A stretch of DNA of 64,000 nucleotides from Euryarchaeota archaeon UBA130 (lineage in GTDB: Archaea; Thermoplasmatota; Poseidoniia; Poseidoniales; Thalassarchaeaceae). Below, in pieces: positions 38,596 through 48,892 of the stretch. Numbering within the stretch: the first letter of the stretch is position 1; each line of letters begins with the position of its first letter. The notes under the pieces are model-generated. The model was not told where the DNA came from, did not search any database, and worked only from the letters and a program-made list of their open reading frames with translations. The position numbers and the translations under genes are program-made. The stretch lies in contig DAVY01000006.1 of assembly GCA_002505775.1 (NCBI GenBank), forward strand, positions 9,318 through 73,317, read 5' to 3'.

Positions 38596-39222
38596 ATGGA
38601 TTCAACTTTAGACGCAGTTAAGACAGGCACCAGCACCATTGGAATAACATTCAATGGGGGTGTGGTTGTAGGAGCAGACCATAGGGCAACAATGGGACAT
38701 TTTATCGCAAACAAAAGCGTCAAGAAGTTATTCGACATATCTGACTATGTCGCTCTAACCACTGCCGGCTTGGTAGGGCACGCCCAATCGCTCTCGAGAA
38801 CGCTTTCTGCTGAATTGAAACTTTACGAATTAAAACAGGGTAAGCCGATGACAGTTAAGGGTGCGGCGACACTCACCGCGAACATCCTTGTCGGAAGGCC
38901 TCACTATGTTCAACTGCTGATAGTAGGCGTCGACAGCTCAGGACCAAGTGTCTACAGCATAGACTCAGCTGGCGGATCGATACCAGATGTGTACTGCGCC
39001 ACGGGTTCTGGTAGCCCTTACATGTACGGCGTTTTGGAAGATCAGTTCAAACCTAACATGTCTGAGAAGGACGCACTCAAGGTAGCTGCTAAGGCACTAC
39101 TGGCTTCAGCCCAGAGGGATGCGGCAAGCGGAAACGGCATGGACCTAGCGGTAATCACCCCCGAAGTTGGATATAGACAACTAACAGAGGAAGAGGTATC
39201 TTCCCTAATCCAATCCCTATAA
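38596..39222 (+). CDS. psmB: Proteasome subunit beta
   Basis: 208 aa. Short propeptide then TGTSTIGITFNGGVVVGADHRAT, Ntn-hydrolase fold signature. Confidence 0.9.
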   Translation: MDSTLDAVKTGTSTIGITFNGGVVVGADHRATMGHFIANKSVKKLFDISDYVALTTAGLVGHAQSLSRTLSAELKLYELKQGKPMTVKGAATLTANILVGRPHYVQLLIVGVDSSGPSVYSIDSAGGSIPDVYCATGSGSPYMYGVLEDQFKPNMSEKDALKVAAKALLASAQRDAASGNGMDLAVITPEVGYRQLTEEEVSSLIQSL

Positions 39223-39282
39223 CACTCACCAAGTGAATCCCCTGTCATGACAGGATGAATGGCGTGAGCTGGAAGTGAAAAA

Positions 39283-41202
39283 TTGAGATTGACCTTCACC
39301 GAGATAAAGAATAAAATTTCGAAGTTAGTCCCTGAAGGTTTAGAGTATGAAGTGGATTTAGAGGCAGGCTCCATATCAATCATAACAAAAGAACCCGCTT
39401 CTTTTGGAGGGGCCGGAGGAAATAGCCTAACAGTAAAAATCGCTAAAGCAATCAGAAGAAGGGTAGTAATAAGGCCCCATCCAAGCATGCTCTCAACAGA
39501 AGATGAAGTAAACGATGCAGTTTCCAGAATATTGCCTGAGGAAGCTCAGGTAAGAAGGATATGGCTTGACCCAGCATTGTCCGAAGTCACTATAGAGGCA
39601 GACGATCCAAAGTCTGCAGTGGGACAAAAAGGGTCGAATATTCAGCAGTTAAGAAATGAAATTGGGTGGCTAGTTAATATCGTTAGAGCCCCCGCTAGGG
39701 AGAGTAGAACACAGACAGATATCAGGAGGTTTAGGAAGGATTTAGCAGAAGAAAGAAAGACGCTCCTTAGAAAATTTGGGACCAGAATTTACAGGCCTCA
39801 GAGGCCCGGTCCTTCCTGGGTGAGAGTGACAGCCTTAGGATCATACAGAGAGGTTGGCAGGGCTATGCACTTAGTAACAACTAATGAGTCAAAGGTATTA
39901 GTGGACTGTGGTGCAAAGCCTACCTCCAATAGGAACGAAGTTCAGCCTTTCTTTGCGGCCCCCGAAATGCTACCTTTGGACAATATCGATGCAGTAGTGA
40001 TAACCCACGCTCACGTAGACCATATTGGAATGTTACCAGTCCTCTTCAGGTTTGGGTACAAGGGACCAGTCTATTGTACTCAACCAACTAGAGATTTGAT
40101 GACCCTCTTACAGATGGACTACATCAAAGTAGCACAGGCAGAAGGAAATGAAGCACCATACTCAAAGTCCGATATTCAGGAGTGCATCAAACACGTTGTC
40201 GATGTCAATTGGGGGGAGAAGACTGATATCGCTCCAGACATCAAAATGACAATGGAGAACGCTGGCCATATTTTGGGATCATCTAGTGTGTACATGCAAA
40301 TCGGAGAAGGTAGAGATGAACACAAGTTACTATTCTCTGGCGATATAAAATACGAGAAATCATGGCTTTTTGACGCGGCTACAGTCCGCTTCAATAAGGT
40401 CGATACCCTAGTTATAGAATCGACCTATGGCGGTCCTCAGAGTATTCAGCCAACCAGGCAACAAGCGACTCAGGACCTCCAGGATTTGATTATGGATACA
40501 TTATCTAGGAAGGGTAAAATTTTCTGTCCTGTTTTTGCTGTAGGCAGATCCCAAGAAGTGATGATGGCAATTGATGAGTTATTCAAATCAGAAAAGGTGA
40601 CTCCAGTAACCGTCTGGCTTGATGGGATGATTTCAGAAGCAACAGCCATCCATACCAGTCATCCCAATTACCTCAATAAGGATTTACGTGGGAAGATGCT
40701 ACGAGGCGGGGCTGAGAATCCATTCAATTCAAAGTGGTTTAGGCAAGTTGAGTCTAGAGACCAGAGAGAGTCGATTCTTCTGGATCCATCTCCTTGTATA
40801 GTCTTGGCAACAAGTGGCATGATGACGGGTGGGCCTATTGTGGAGTACTTCAAGCACTGGGCACCTGAACCGGGCAACACCCTATGCTTTGTTGGATACC
40901 AGGCATCTGGGACTTTAGGTAGGAGACTTCAAGATGGGCACTCTCAAGTTCCTCTGGTCGACAAAGGACAGACTCTCATGGTAGATGTCCGGTGCAATAT
41001 GGTGATTATTGACGGTTTTAGTGGCCATTCTGACAGAAACCAACTGATGGACTACGTAAAGGCTCTGAACCCTACGCCTAGAAAGATCATCTGTCACCAT
41101 GGAGACCCACAAACATGTAACGCATTCAGAAAAGGACTCAGGGAGAAGTTCAAAGTACAAACATATGCACCTGACAATCTGGAAACATTAAGACTAGTCT
41201 AA
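39283..41202 (+). CDS. aCPSF1 / FttA: KH-domain + metallo-β-lactamase + β-CASP RNase (archaeal transcription termination factor)
   Basis: 639 aa. Two N-terminal KH motifs (GKGSNIQQLRNEIGW), HAHVDHIG MBL motif, β-CASP region and C-terminal GDPQ/HHG motif. Confidence 0.9.
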   Translation: MRLTFTEIKNKISKLVPEGLEYEVDLEAGSISIITKEPASFGGAGGNSLTVKIAKAIRRRVVIRPHPSMLSTEDEVNDAVSRILPEEAQVRRIWLDPALSEVTIEADDPKSAVGQKGSNIQQLRNEIGWLVNIVRAPARESRTQTDIRRFRKDLAEERKTLLRKFGTRIYRPQRPGPSWVRVTALGSYREVGRAMHLVTTNESKVLVDCGAKPTSNRNEVQPFFAAPEMLPLDNIDAVVITHAHVDHIGMLPVLFRFGYKGPVYCTQPTRDLMTLLQMDYIKVAQAEGNEAPYSKSDIQECIKHVVDVNWGEKTDIAPDIKMTMENAGHILGSSSVYMQIGEGRDEHKLLFSGDIKYEKSWLFDAATVRFNKVDTLVIESTYGGPQSIQPTRQQATQDLQDLIMDTLSRKGKIFCPVFAVGRSQEVMMAIDELFKSEKVTPVTVWLDGMISEATAIHTSHPNYLNKDLRGKMLRGGAENPFNSKWFRQVESRDQRESILLDPSPCIVLATSGMMTGGPIVEYFKHWAPEPGNTLCFVGYQASGTLGRRLQDGHSQVPLVDKGQTLMVDVRCNMVIIDGFSGHSDRNQLMDYVKALNPTPRKIICHHGDPQTCNAFRKGLREKFKVQTYAPDNLETLRLV

Positions 41203-41204
41203 GT

Positions 41205-41474
41205 TTACAATATGGGCGTGTCGTAACCGAATTCTCCTGCACTGATCTCGTTCTTTTCAATATCTTCTTCATCTTCCATCCATTCAAAACTCTCTTCCAC
41301 TACGATCTTATGCGACTCGCCACCAGATAAAGCCAATGAAATTGTAAATGGAATTAACAATAGAGAAATCCAAGAGTTCGATCCAACCTCTCCAGAGCTA
41401 TAAATGGACAACAATGATACAAGAATCAATACAGTTGTTGCTAACCAGCCGACCTTCCACCGAACATTGTCCAC
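41205..41474 (-). CDS. Small membrane protein (hypothetical)
   Basis: 89 aa, two predicted TM helices, acidic C-terminus. Confidence 0.3.
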   Translation of the reverse strand: MDNVRWKVGWLATTVLILVSLLSIYSSGEVGSNSWISLLLIPFTISLALSGGESHKIVVEESFEWMEDEEDIEKNEISAGEFGYDTPIL

Positions 41475-41537
41475 AATGTTCAGAAGAGGTGGTTACTAAT
41501 CAGTCAAACTCTTGAACCCAGAATTTCAGGCACCTTC

Positions 41538-41972
41538 ATGCAGGAGCGTTGGGCAATGGTCAGATGCGAATGTGGAAGATACTTTGGATCCAGCCTGAAA
41601 AAAATTGTCAATTGCCCCAGATGCAACTCTAATAAAAATCATAAAATTATGAAAAAGTTCTCATCATCCGAATCATTAAGGAATCAAATATCCAAGGCAA
41701 ACACACCATCAGAAATCGAAAATGAGATCACATCAAGACTGGAAACATATGAGAAACCCAATCGCGACACTGGATTAATTGGAAAAGAATTAATTGGAAA
41801 AATACTAGCAACATCAACTTTCAATGAAAACATTATCTCCATCGACTCAATCTCAAATTCCATCAAGGAGCTATCTCTGACCAAAATCAGCCCTGAGGAC
41901 ATAATTGAGATACTTGAAGCATCCTCTTTGGTGGTAAGAAACTCAAATGGGACGTGGACCGTTTTTCAGTAA
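41538..41972 (+). CDS. Zinc-ribbon protein (hypothetical)
   Basis: 144 aa. N-terminal CECG…CPRC zinc ribbon followed by a helical domain. Confidence 0.4.
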   Translation: MQERWAMVRCECGRYFGSSLKKIVNCPRCNSNKNHKIMKKFSSSESLRNQISKANTPSEIENEITSRLETYEKPNRDTGLIGKELIGKILATSTFNENIISIDSISNSIKELSLTKISPEDIIEILEASSLVVRNSNGTWTVFQ

Positions 41973-42005
41973 CGTTCATTCAAGAGATGCTCTGGGAAAC
42001 GATAG

Positions 42006-42083
42006 GGGCCCGTGGGTTAGTCTGGTCTATGCTAGATGCTTTGGGAGCATTTGACCCTGGTTCAAATCCAGGCGGGCCCACCA
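42006..42083 (+). tRNA. tRNA-Pro (anticodon TGG), CCA encoded
   Basis: Hand-folded. Acceptor GGGCCCG/CGGGCCC, anticodon arm GATGC-TTTGGGA-GCATT (G37), T-arm CCTGG-TTCAAAT-CCAGG, discriminator A, CCA. D-stem is weak (G·U, G-C, U·G, U·U). Confidence 0.7.
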
Positions 42084-42842
42084 CTAAATCAATCTCTTGA
42101 GTGCCTCAATATCAAAAATTGAAACCGCAATGTCAATAGCTTCAGGAATTCTAAACCAACGCGCCTCTTCAATTTCATCATCTTTTGGGATAATCTCACG
42201 ATCTTCGAATTCTCCATGACATTTGTATGTGAATGAAATCCAGTTGATACCATCCTCGTTGAAAATTTCTTCTTGTATGAAAGCCTCTTCACCAGCACCA
42301 TGGGGCTCCCCGTTCTCTCCCTTTGGATCATCTATTACTATCGAAATCCCCAACTCCTCCATGGCCTCTCTAACAGCCGCTTCACGTGGGTGCTCGCCAT
42401 AATCTACGAATCCACCCGGAAGTGTCCAACAACCTGAAAAAAATCCCCTGGATACCTTCGCCAAAAGAACCTGATCTTGACTGTTCAAAATCATCACCTT
42501 ACTGACAACTCTGTGTATTGTTCTGTAAACAGATTCCCTCGCAACCGGATCAACTGCGTTATCACTGATCACGGAATCTTTCCATGCCCACTCTCCTGGC
42601 CAGTCTATCAGGGGCTTGCCATGAACCACAGTGTGATATTCTTGCCCAAGTCTGAATTTATTTGTCCTGACCTCCTCCCAACTAATTCCAAAATCTGACA
42701 ACTCACTATCAGTTGGAAGTCGTATAACCTCGGTCTCACCATTTAGATTAGCTCTACCGGTTTGAGGAATCGCAGGTCCAGTTCCATCACCATATACAAG
42801 GAGTAATTTACCATCAGACTCGAGGTATACATGCTTCGTCAT
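42084..42842 (-). CDS. Nudix hydrolase with N-terminal accessory domain
   Basis: Nudix box [24 protein letters not shown] (GX5EX7REVXEEXGI). Confidence 0.7.
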   Translation of the reverse strand: MTKHVYLESDGKLLLVYGDGTGPAIPQTGRANLNGETEVIRLPTDSELSDFGISWEEVRTNKFRLGQEYHTVVHGKPLIDWPGEWAWKDSVISDNAVDPVARESVYRTIHRVVSKVMILNSQDQVLLAKVSRGFFSGCWTLPGGFVDYGEHPREAAVREAMEELGISIVIDDPKGENGEPHGAGEEAFIQEEIFNEDGINWISFTYKCHGEFEDREIIPKDDEIEEARWFRIPEAIDIAVSIFDIEALKRLI

Positions 42843-42857
42843 TCGTACACCTTACTG

Positions 42858-43886
42858 TCAATTCAAAAGCCCTGTAACCGCTTGTCTTTCTTCCATAAGC
42901 ATAGCCACATTTTCATCAATCTTTGACTGGGCGAACGAGTCTATTGGAAGATCCTGAACAACCTCTATTTGACCATTTTGACATCTGCATGGGAAGCTGA
43001 ATACTAGTCCCTCCGGAACTCCGTACCAACCTTCGGAAGGCAAGGCCATGGAAACAATCCTTCCATTAGACCCCTGCCACCAGTCACGCATGTGATCAAT
43101 AGCGGCCGATGCAGCCGAGGCAGCTGAAGAGGCACCTCTAGCGACAATTACGGCTTTGCCCCTTGTTGCAACAGTGTCTAAAAACTCACCTTTCAACCAA
43201 TCCAAATCAAAAACGTCTGTAGCCCTTCTACCATCTACTGTCGCAAATCTTGGGTCCGGATACATAGTATTCGCATGATTGCCCCAGATGAATACATCAT
43301 GTATTTTGGATGCTGGCACGCCTGAACGTTCCGCCATCTGGCCGACGGCTCGATTCTGATCGAGCCTCGTCATTGCGGTAAATTGCCTCGAGGGAATGCG
43401 TGGGGAATTTGCATTGGCAATAAGTGCATTCGTATTACAAGGATTGCCTACTGTTATCACTTTAACATTCTTAGAGGCAACCTCGTCAATAGCCTTCCCT
43501 TGGCCGACGAATATTGGACCATTGGCTGCAACCAAATCTGATCTATCCATGTCCTTAGTTCTAGGCCTTGATCCGACTAGGAATATAGCATGAGCGCCTT
43601 GGAATGCAACATTGGCATCATCAGTGCAAACTATATCGTGAACCAACGGGAATGCAGAGTCTCTTAATTCCATCCTGACGCCTTCTAGTCTTTGCATTCC
43701 TGGGGGTATCTCCAGTAGCTGGAGAATAACTGGTTGTTCCTTTCCGAAACAATCCCCACTCGCAATCCTCCACAATAGGGCGTATCCAATATTTCCTGCA
43801 GCTCCGGTTACAGCTACGCGTATTGCTTCAGTATCATCACCTTTACTCGTAAACCCTACCGCGTTTTCTCCCAAATCTCCGGACAC
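42858..43886 (-). CDS. mdh: Malate dehydrogenase (NAD-dependent, cytosolic/Thermus type of the LDH/MDH family)
   Basis: 342 aa. [17 protein letters not shown]…, substrate-binding [14 protein letters not shown], catalytic His in [12 protein letters not shown]. Confidence 0.85.
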   Translation of the reverse strand: MSGDLGENAVGFTSKGDDTEAIRVAVTGAAGNIGYALLWRIASGDCFGKEQPVILQLLEIPPGMQRLEGVRMELRDSAFPLVHDIVCTDDANVAFQGAHAIFLVGSRPRTKDMDRSDLVAANGPIFVGQGKAIDEVASKNVKVITVGNPCNTNALIANANSPRIPSRQFTAMTRLDQNRAVGQMAERSGVPASKIHDVFIWGNHANTMYPDPRFATVDGRRATDVFDLDWLKGEFLDTVATRGKAVIVARGASSAASAASAAIDHMRDWWQGSNGRIVSMALPSEGWYGVPEGLVFSFPCRCQNGQIEVVQDLPIDSFAQSKIDENVAMLMEERQAVTGLLN

Positions 43887-44058
43887 AATCTCTCCTCATG
43901 CAGGCGAGTAAGATTAGGGTATTAGCACTTTGCGAAGTAGAGACATAAATCACTCTCAGCTTATCCTCTAATGACTTTGAGAATATTGAGCCGACGGCTT
44001 CAATAAGCGCCTACTTATCGGAGGTTCATTATTGGTCTCGGGACTGCAGAGGGATAAG

Positions 44059-45216
44059 ATGAAACTCGGTATTCTCAAGGAGCCAGAAGGAGAAATGAGA
44101 GTACCAATTGTACCTAACTCAATACCCAAACTAGTCAAGTCTGGTCTTGAGGTGATTGTTGAGAATGGGGCTGGTGACCTCGCAAATCATTCGGATTCTG
44201 AGTATGAGAGTAAAGGTGCAAAGATTGTAACCAGGGACGACGTTCTCAGATCTGAAGCATTGATATCGATAAATCCACCTAATTTGGACGACATTAGAGA
44301 GGGGTGCATCTTGATGTGTGTAGCCGATCCATTCAGAAATCCAGATGTTGTGAATAAGGCCATCTCACGTGGAATTACCCTAATCAGTATGGACATGATT
44401 CCTAGGAGACTTTCGAGGGCACAATCAATGGATGTCAACTCCAGCCAAGACAACCTCTCTGGTTACAAAGCCGTTCTGCTCGGAGCTTCGCATGTTCCCA
44501 AAGGAATTCCAATGATGACCACTAGTGCTGGGACAGTTAAACCGGCGAAGTTTGTAGTTATGGGTAGTGGGGTAGCCGGATTGCAGGCTATCGCGACTGC
44601 AAAGAGAATGGGCGCAGTCGTTTACGCATCCGACGTCAGAAAGTCTGCAGCAGAACAAATTGAGTCCGTTGGTGGGAGATTCATCGAGGTAGAGGGTATG
44701 GACGATTTCGAGGATGAATCGGGTTATGCTAAGCCGCTTACACCAGAGTTTATCCAGAAAGTTAACGATACGGTATGTAAGGTAGCCAGTGATGCGGATG
44801 TAATCATTACCACGGCCAGGATATTTGGAAGGCCGGCGCCGATTACTATACCCAAAAGCGCTGTTGAAGAATTCAAAACTGGCGCAGTAATTGTAGACAT
44901 GAATGCTGATGTTGGTGGAAACTGTGAGTTGACCTCCCCCGGAGACATAATCAACAGCCACGGAGTCACAATAATCGGAATAGAGAATTTAGCTGGTACT
45001 ATACCATCAACCGCCAGTATGCTTTACTCGAATAATCTTACCAACTTTGTAATATCATTAATGGAAGATGGCGTTATCTCCGTAGATCTTCAAGACGATA
45101 TTTTAGTTGGCCCACCGGAAGAATCGGATTTCTACGTCGATGGGATGGGAGGAGTCCTCATTTGCATGAACGGGGAGCTTCATAACAATCAAACTAGACT
45201 TGGGGGTATTTTGTAA
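44059..45216 (+). CDS. pntAA: NAD(P) transhydrogenase subunit alpha, part 1 (dI domain)
   Basis: Nearly colinear with E. coli PntA residues 1–380 (MKLGILKEPEGEMRVP…, VMGSGVAGLQAIATAKRMGA…). Start trimmed from the TTG at 44032 to ATG at 44059. Confidence 0.85.
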   Translation: MKLGILKEPEGEMRVPIVPNSIPKLVKSGLEVIVENGAGDLANHSDSEYESKGAKIVTRDDVLRSEALISINPPNLDDIREGCILMCVADPFRNPDVVNKAISRGITLISMDMIPRRLSRAQSMDVNSSQDNLSGYKAVLLGASHVPKGIPMMTTSAGTVKPAKFVVMGSGVAGLQAIATAKRMGAVVYASDVRKSAAEQIESVGGRFIEVEGMDDFEDESGYAKPLTPEFIQKVNDTVCKVASDADVIITTARIFGRPAPITIPKSAVEEFKTGAVIVDMNADVGGNCELTSPGDIINSHGVTIIGIENLAGTIPSTASMLYSNNLTNFVISLMEDGVISVDLQDDILVGPPEESDFYVDGMGGVLICMNGELHNNQTRLGGIL

Positions 45217-45536
45217 TGTCCCTGACCCTGACAGCATTAATTGGCAGTATCACCGTTTTTGTACTGGCAATTTTCCTAGGTTTTGAATTAATCAGCAAAG
45301 TACCACCAACGCTCCACACCCCTCTTATGTCTGGTGCCAATGCAATATCCGGCATCACTATTGTGGGTGCACTTATCCTCTCCAATGCTACATTTAATGG
45401 CATGGAAACCTCTTTTGCAGCAATATTGGCATTCCTAGCCCTTATCATGGCCACGATAAATGTCGTCGGAGGATTCATGGTAACAAATAGAATGTTAGAA
45501 ATGATTGCAGGTAAGAAAAGAAAGGGGGGTAACTAA
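45216..45536 (+). CDS. pntAB: NAD(P) transhydrogenase subunit alpha, part 2 (membrane)
   Basis: 106 aa, three TM helices, HTPLMSGANAISGITIVGAL matches the PntA C-terminal membrane segment. Confidence 0.8.
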   Translation: MSLTLTALIGSITVFVLAIFLGFELISKVPPTLHTPLMSGANAISGITIVGALILSNATFNGMETSFAAILAFLALIMATINVVGGFMVTNRMLEMIAGKKRKGGN

Positions 45537-46982
45537 TTGGTCGACCCTGTTGTTTGGGATATCGGATACTTGCTTTCCGCTTCGATGTTCATTGTCGGCA
45601 TCAAGAGGCTTTCGAGTCCTAGGACGGCTCCCTCGGGTAATAGGCTAGGTGCCCAAGGAATGCTTCTCGCAGTTGTTATTACATTACTAAAAATGCAGTC
45701 CGAAGGTATTATTGGATGGGAGTTGATTGTTGCTGGATTGGCTATTGGCTCAATAATTGGCTACATCATGGCAACCCGCGTAGAGATGACAGGGATGCCA
45801 GAACTCGTGGCTCTGTTCAATGGTTTTGGCGGGGCAGCGTCAGCTCTGGTGGGTCTTTCAGAGGCATTAAAGAGAATCTCTGATGGAGTTCCGGATCCCG
45901 GAGTTGAACTCTATGCCACATGGACTGCTATCGGCCTATCAGCATTAGTGGGATGGATTACACTATCTGGTAGCTTAATGGCAATGATGAAGCTCAAAGG
46001 TGGATTCTATGTACCGTTTTCCAAGAAAGATGAAAGGGGAAGAAGCAAATGGATCTCATTTCCAACGTGGGGCCCACCCTGGCTAAATTGGGTCAAAGCC
46101 TCTTTGCTACTCGCATCATTGGCCCTGATAATATTGACAATTCAGAACCCTGAAGATAAAACATATGTTTACTCTCTTGTTGCTACATCGACTCTTCTTG
46201 GTATTCTTTTCGTTCTCCCAATTGGTGGGGCAGATATGCCAGTCGTAGTCAGCCTACTCAACTCGCTTTCTGGGATTGCAGCAGCTTTTACAGGGTTCGT
46301 AATAGGCAACAATGTCTTGATAATTGCTGGCTCAATGGTAGGCGCCGCGGGTTTGATCTTGACATTCATCATGTGCAAAGCAATGAACAGGGAGCTATTC
46401 GATGTCCTCTTCAAGGCATTCGGTGGATCGGGGGAGAAAGATCAGCTCACCAGAACTAAAGTTGGAAGTGATCCGGAAGAGGTTGCGATGGTCTTGGATG
46501 GAGCTCAAAAAGTAATTGTAGTGCCAGGATACGGTATGGCAGTTAGCCAAAGTCAGCATGCAGTGAAGGAGTTCGCGGACCTTATGGAATCATTTGATTG
46601 CGAGGTCCTGTATGCCATCCACCCAGTGGCTGGGAGGATGCCAGGCCACATGAACGTACTATTGGCAGAAGCCAACGTACCTTATGAGAAACTAATCGAG
46701 ATGGACGACATTAATTCTGAATTCCCAGAATGCGACGTTGCATTGGTGATTGGAGCCAATGACACCACTAACCCTGCCGCTAGGACTGATGAGGGACCAT
46801 TAGCAGGAATGCCAATTCTAGATGTCGACAAATCCTCGGTAGTAGTGATAATCAAGAGAAGCCTTTCTGTCGGTTATGCAGGTGTTGACAATGACCTCTT
46901 TTACATGGATAAAACAATGATGTTATTCGGCGATGGTAAAAAGATGATGAATGAACTGAACTCTGCAATTAAGGAGCTGTAA
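45537..46982 (+). CDS. pntB: NAD(P) transhydrogenase subunit beta
   Basis: 481 aa. N-terminal membrane domain and C-terminal NADP(H)-binding dIII (…VVPGYGMAVSQSQHAVKE…GANDTTNPAA…). Confidence 0.9.
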   Translation: MVDPVVWDIGYLLSASMFIVGIKRLSSPRTAPSGNRLGAQGMLLAVVITLLKMQSEGIIGWELIVAGLAIGSIIGYIMATRVEMTGMPELVALFNGFGGAASALVGLSEALKRISDGVPDPGVELYATWTAIGLSALVGWITLSGSLMAMMKLKGGFYVPFSKKDERGRSKWISFPTWGPPWLNWVKASLLLASLALIILTIQNPEDKTYVYSLVATSTLLGILFVLPIGGADMPVVVSLLNSLSGIAAAFTGFVIGNNVLIIAGSMVGAAGLILTFIMCKAMNRELFDVLFKAFGGSGEKDQLTRTKVGSDPEEVAMVLDGAQKVIVVPGYGMAVSQSQHAVKEFADLMESFDCEVLYAIHPVAGRMPGHMNVLLAEANVPYEKLIEMDDINSEFPECDVALVIGANDTTNPAARTDEGPLAGMPILDVDKSSVVVIIKRSLSVGYAGVDNDLFYMDKTMMLFGDGKKMMNELNSAIKEL

Positions 46983-46988
46983 ACCAAA

Positions 46989-48107
46989 GTGATGAACATG
47001 TCTCCAAGCAAGCGTTATTTGTCTGCTACCCCTGTGCATCAATTAAGGGGCAGTAAAATGACTGGGCTCAAGAGACTATTCGCCGTTTTACTTACAATAT
47101 CTATCCTCTCAATCCCTGCTGTCGGAATGAGCTCGGGCCCGGGTTATGAAAATGCAGACGGAGATCCCACTGTGAAATATGGCTGTAATTGCCATAACAA
47201 TGGCGCGGCCTCAACAAGAGCAGTAGTGATGGTTACTGGAGTCCCAGTCATGTATGAATTGGGGGCCTCGTATGATATGACAATTAAGGTTGCAGACTCG
47301 CTCACATTATCAGGAGGGGATGGAAACACACAAGGTGGATTTTTGATGACTTCAGATGGCATAGGAATATTCTCATGGTCAGATGATGAGGAAATTCGCG
47401 CTGCTGAGGATGCACCATTGGACATATCGCACTCAGATACTGACTCTGACGGCATATGGGAGATAACTTGGACAGCTCCAACAGAGGACCTAGGACCAGT
47501 CCATTTTTGGGTTGCTGGTAACTCTGTCAATGGGGATGGAGCTCCAGGGGACGAAGACTGGTGGAATATCCTAACATTTACTATCAACGCACCTGGAACA
47601 ATAGAGTCAAGTGATTCCGGAGCTACTCTTGAAACTAGAACAGTTTCAGTCGGAGATTATGAAACCCTATTCATAGTAGAGGAATCAGAAGCTCAAAGGG
47701 AAGCTGAAAGACAGGAGGCACTATCACACAGAGTTTTCACTCAAGGGAATCTATTTTTCTGGACCAGTCTAACCGCGCTCCTTATCGGAGCCTTGGTTCA
47801 AAGGGAGATTTTAGAGAGAAGGTATGATGATGGCCCAGAATTCCTTGCTATGGAGTTGGCTTACCCACAAGCAATTAGAAGGGGCTTAATGGGCATTGGC
47901 TCTTTCTGGCTGGCTATCAGGTGGGCCTCTTCCGAGACCCAGATTTATTTCCCTCCCCCTGCGGTCGTTAAAGAAGGGACAAAGATGACTGATTTGACTG
48001 ACTTCCTAATTGGATCCGCATTCCTAGCCAGCGCACTGTTCGCCTACGGGGTATATAGGACAATATTGGCCGCTAGAAAGGACCCAGATGTCAAGGATCG
48101 GCTGTAG
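46989..48107 (+). CDS. Secreted, C-terminally membrane-anchored GCxCH-motif protein; paralog of 3596..4432
   Basis: 372 aa; signal peptide probably begins at the internal Met (47058, MTGLKRLFAVLLTISILSIPAVG). GCNCHNN motif, conserved GIWEITWTAPTEDLGPVHFWVAGNSVNGDGAP block, two C-terminal TM segments. Immediately follows pntB. Confidence 0.5.
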   Translation: MMNMSPSKRYLSATPVHQLRGSKMTGLKRLFAVLLTISILSIPAVGMSSGPGYENADGDPTVKYGCNCHNNGAASTRAVVMVTGVPVMYELGASYDMTIKVADSLTLSGGDGNTQGGFLMTSDGIGIFSWSDDEEIRAAEDAPLDISHSDTDSDGIWEITWTAPTEDLGPVHFWVAGNSVNGDGAPGDEDWWNILTFTINAPGTIESSDSGATLETRTVSVGDYETLFIVEESEAQREAERQEALSHRVFTQGNLFFWTSLTALLIGALVQREILERRYDDGPEFLAMELAYPQAIRRGLMGIGSFWLAIRWASSETQIYFPPPAVVKEGTKMTDLTDFLIGSAFLASALFAYGVYRTILAARKDPDVKDRL

Positions 48108-48881
48108 ATGTCAGAACAAATGATTAATCTTGAATCAAAGTCTTTGGAAAATCACTTCCAAGAACTGTACTCACTTGTAAAAAATACAATATTATTTACT
48201 TCAATATCTGCAATAGGATGGTCTATAGTTGCCCCTCAATTATTGACAGATTGGGTCAATCTATTCAATACCGGCGATAACATAAACCAATTGTCAATCT
48301 ATACTCCATTCAATTGGATAGAGGTCAAATGGTCCTTTTCCATAATGATGGGTATAATCACAGCTTTCCCACTTTTCTCAGTAATGCTATACAGGTTCTC
48401 TAAACCAGCCCTGTACCCAAACGAGGTTTTTCCAGTCAAATTAATATTAATTGCAAACTCATTAATGTTACCAATTTCAATATTCCTAATTTGGATATGG
48501 GGGGTACCTAATGTGGTAAAATATGCAAACGGACTATCTCAATTAGAAAATATTAGTGCTAGATATGACCTATTTGAAATCGTCAATTTTGCTTTGGGAT
48601 TCACGGTTATGGCCATTATCTCGTTTATCCTCATGACATCACTCATCTTATCCAGAATTATTGGTGACGTAGACGGGATGTATAATTGGTTGAGGCCCAG
48701 GATCATGATAATCTCATTTGGCCTTTTCATTCTAACTATGCCATCGGTATTCGAGGGTCTAAGGATTCCCTTGTCCTGTGTAATAATTTTCCTCTCCGAC
48801 CTTTTAGCGAGATCCTTTCCACTTGCGAGAAATATGACCGAAATCATTCAAGATGACACTGCATTGAAAGGTCACGCATAG
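48108..48881 (+). CDS. Polytopic membrane protein (hypothetical)
   Basis: 257 aa, ~6 predicted TM helices. Start abuts the stop of the GCxCH protein. Confidence 0.45.
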   Translation: MSEQMINLESKSLENHFQELYSLVKNTILFTSISAIGWSIVAPQLLTDWVNLFNTGDNINQLSIYTPFNWIEVKWSFSIMMGIITAFPLFSVMLYRFSKPALYPNEVFPVKLILIANSLMLPISIFLIWIWGVPNVVKYANGLSQLENISARYDLFEIVNFALGFTVMAIISFILMTSLILSRIIGDVDGMYNWLRPRIMIISFGLFILTMPSVFEGLRIPLSCVIIFLSDLLARSFPLARNMTEIIQDDTALKGHA

Positions 48882-48892
48882 CAGCGACCTCC

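Noticed and set aside
43959-44058. Imperfect inverted repeat GCTTATCCTCT … AGAGGGATAAG flanking the mdh/pntAA divergent spacer
   Set aside because: One mismatch, ~80 bp apart, and the second copy is simply the N-terminal pntA codons/RBS region; likely coincidental.
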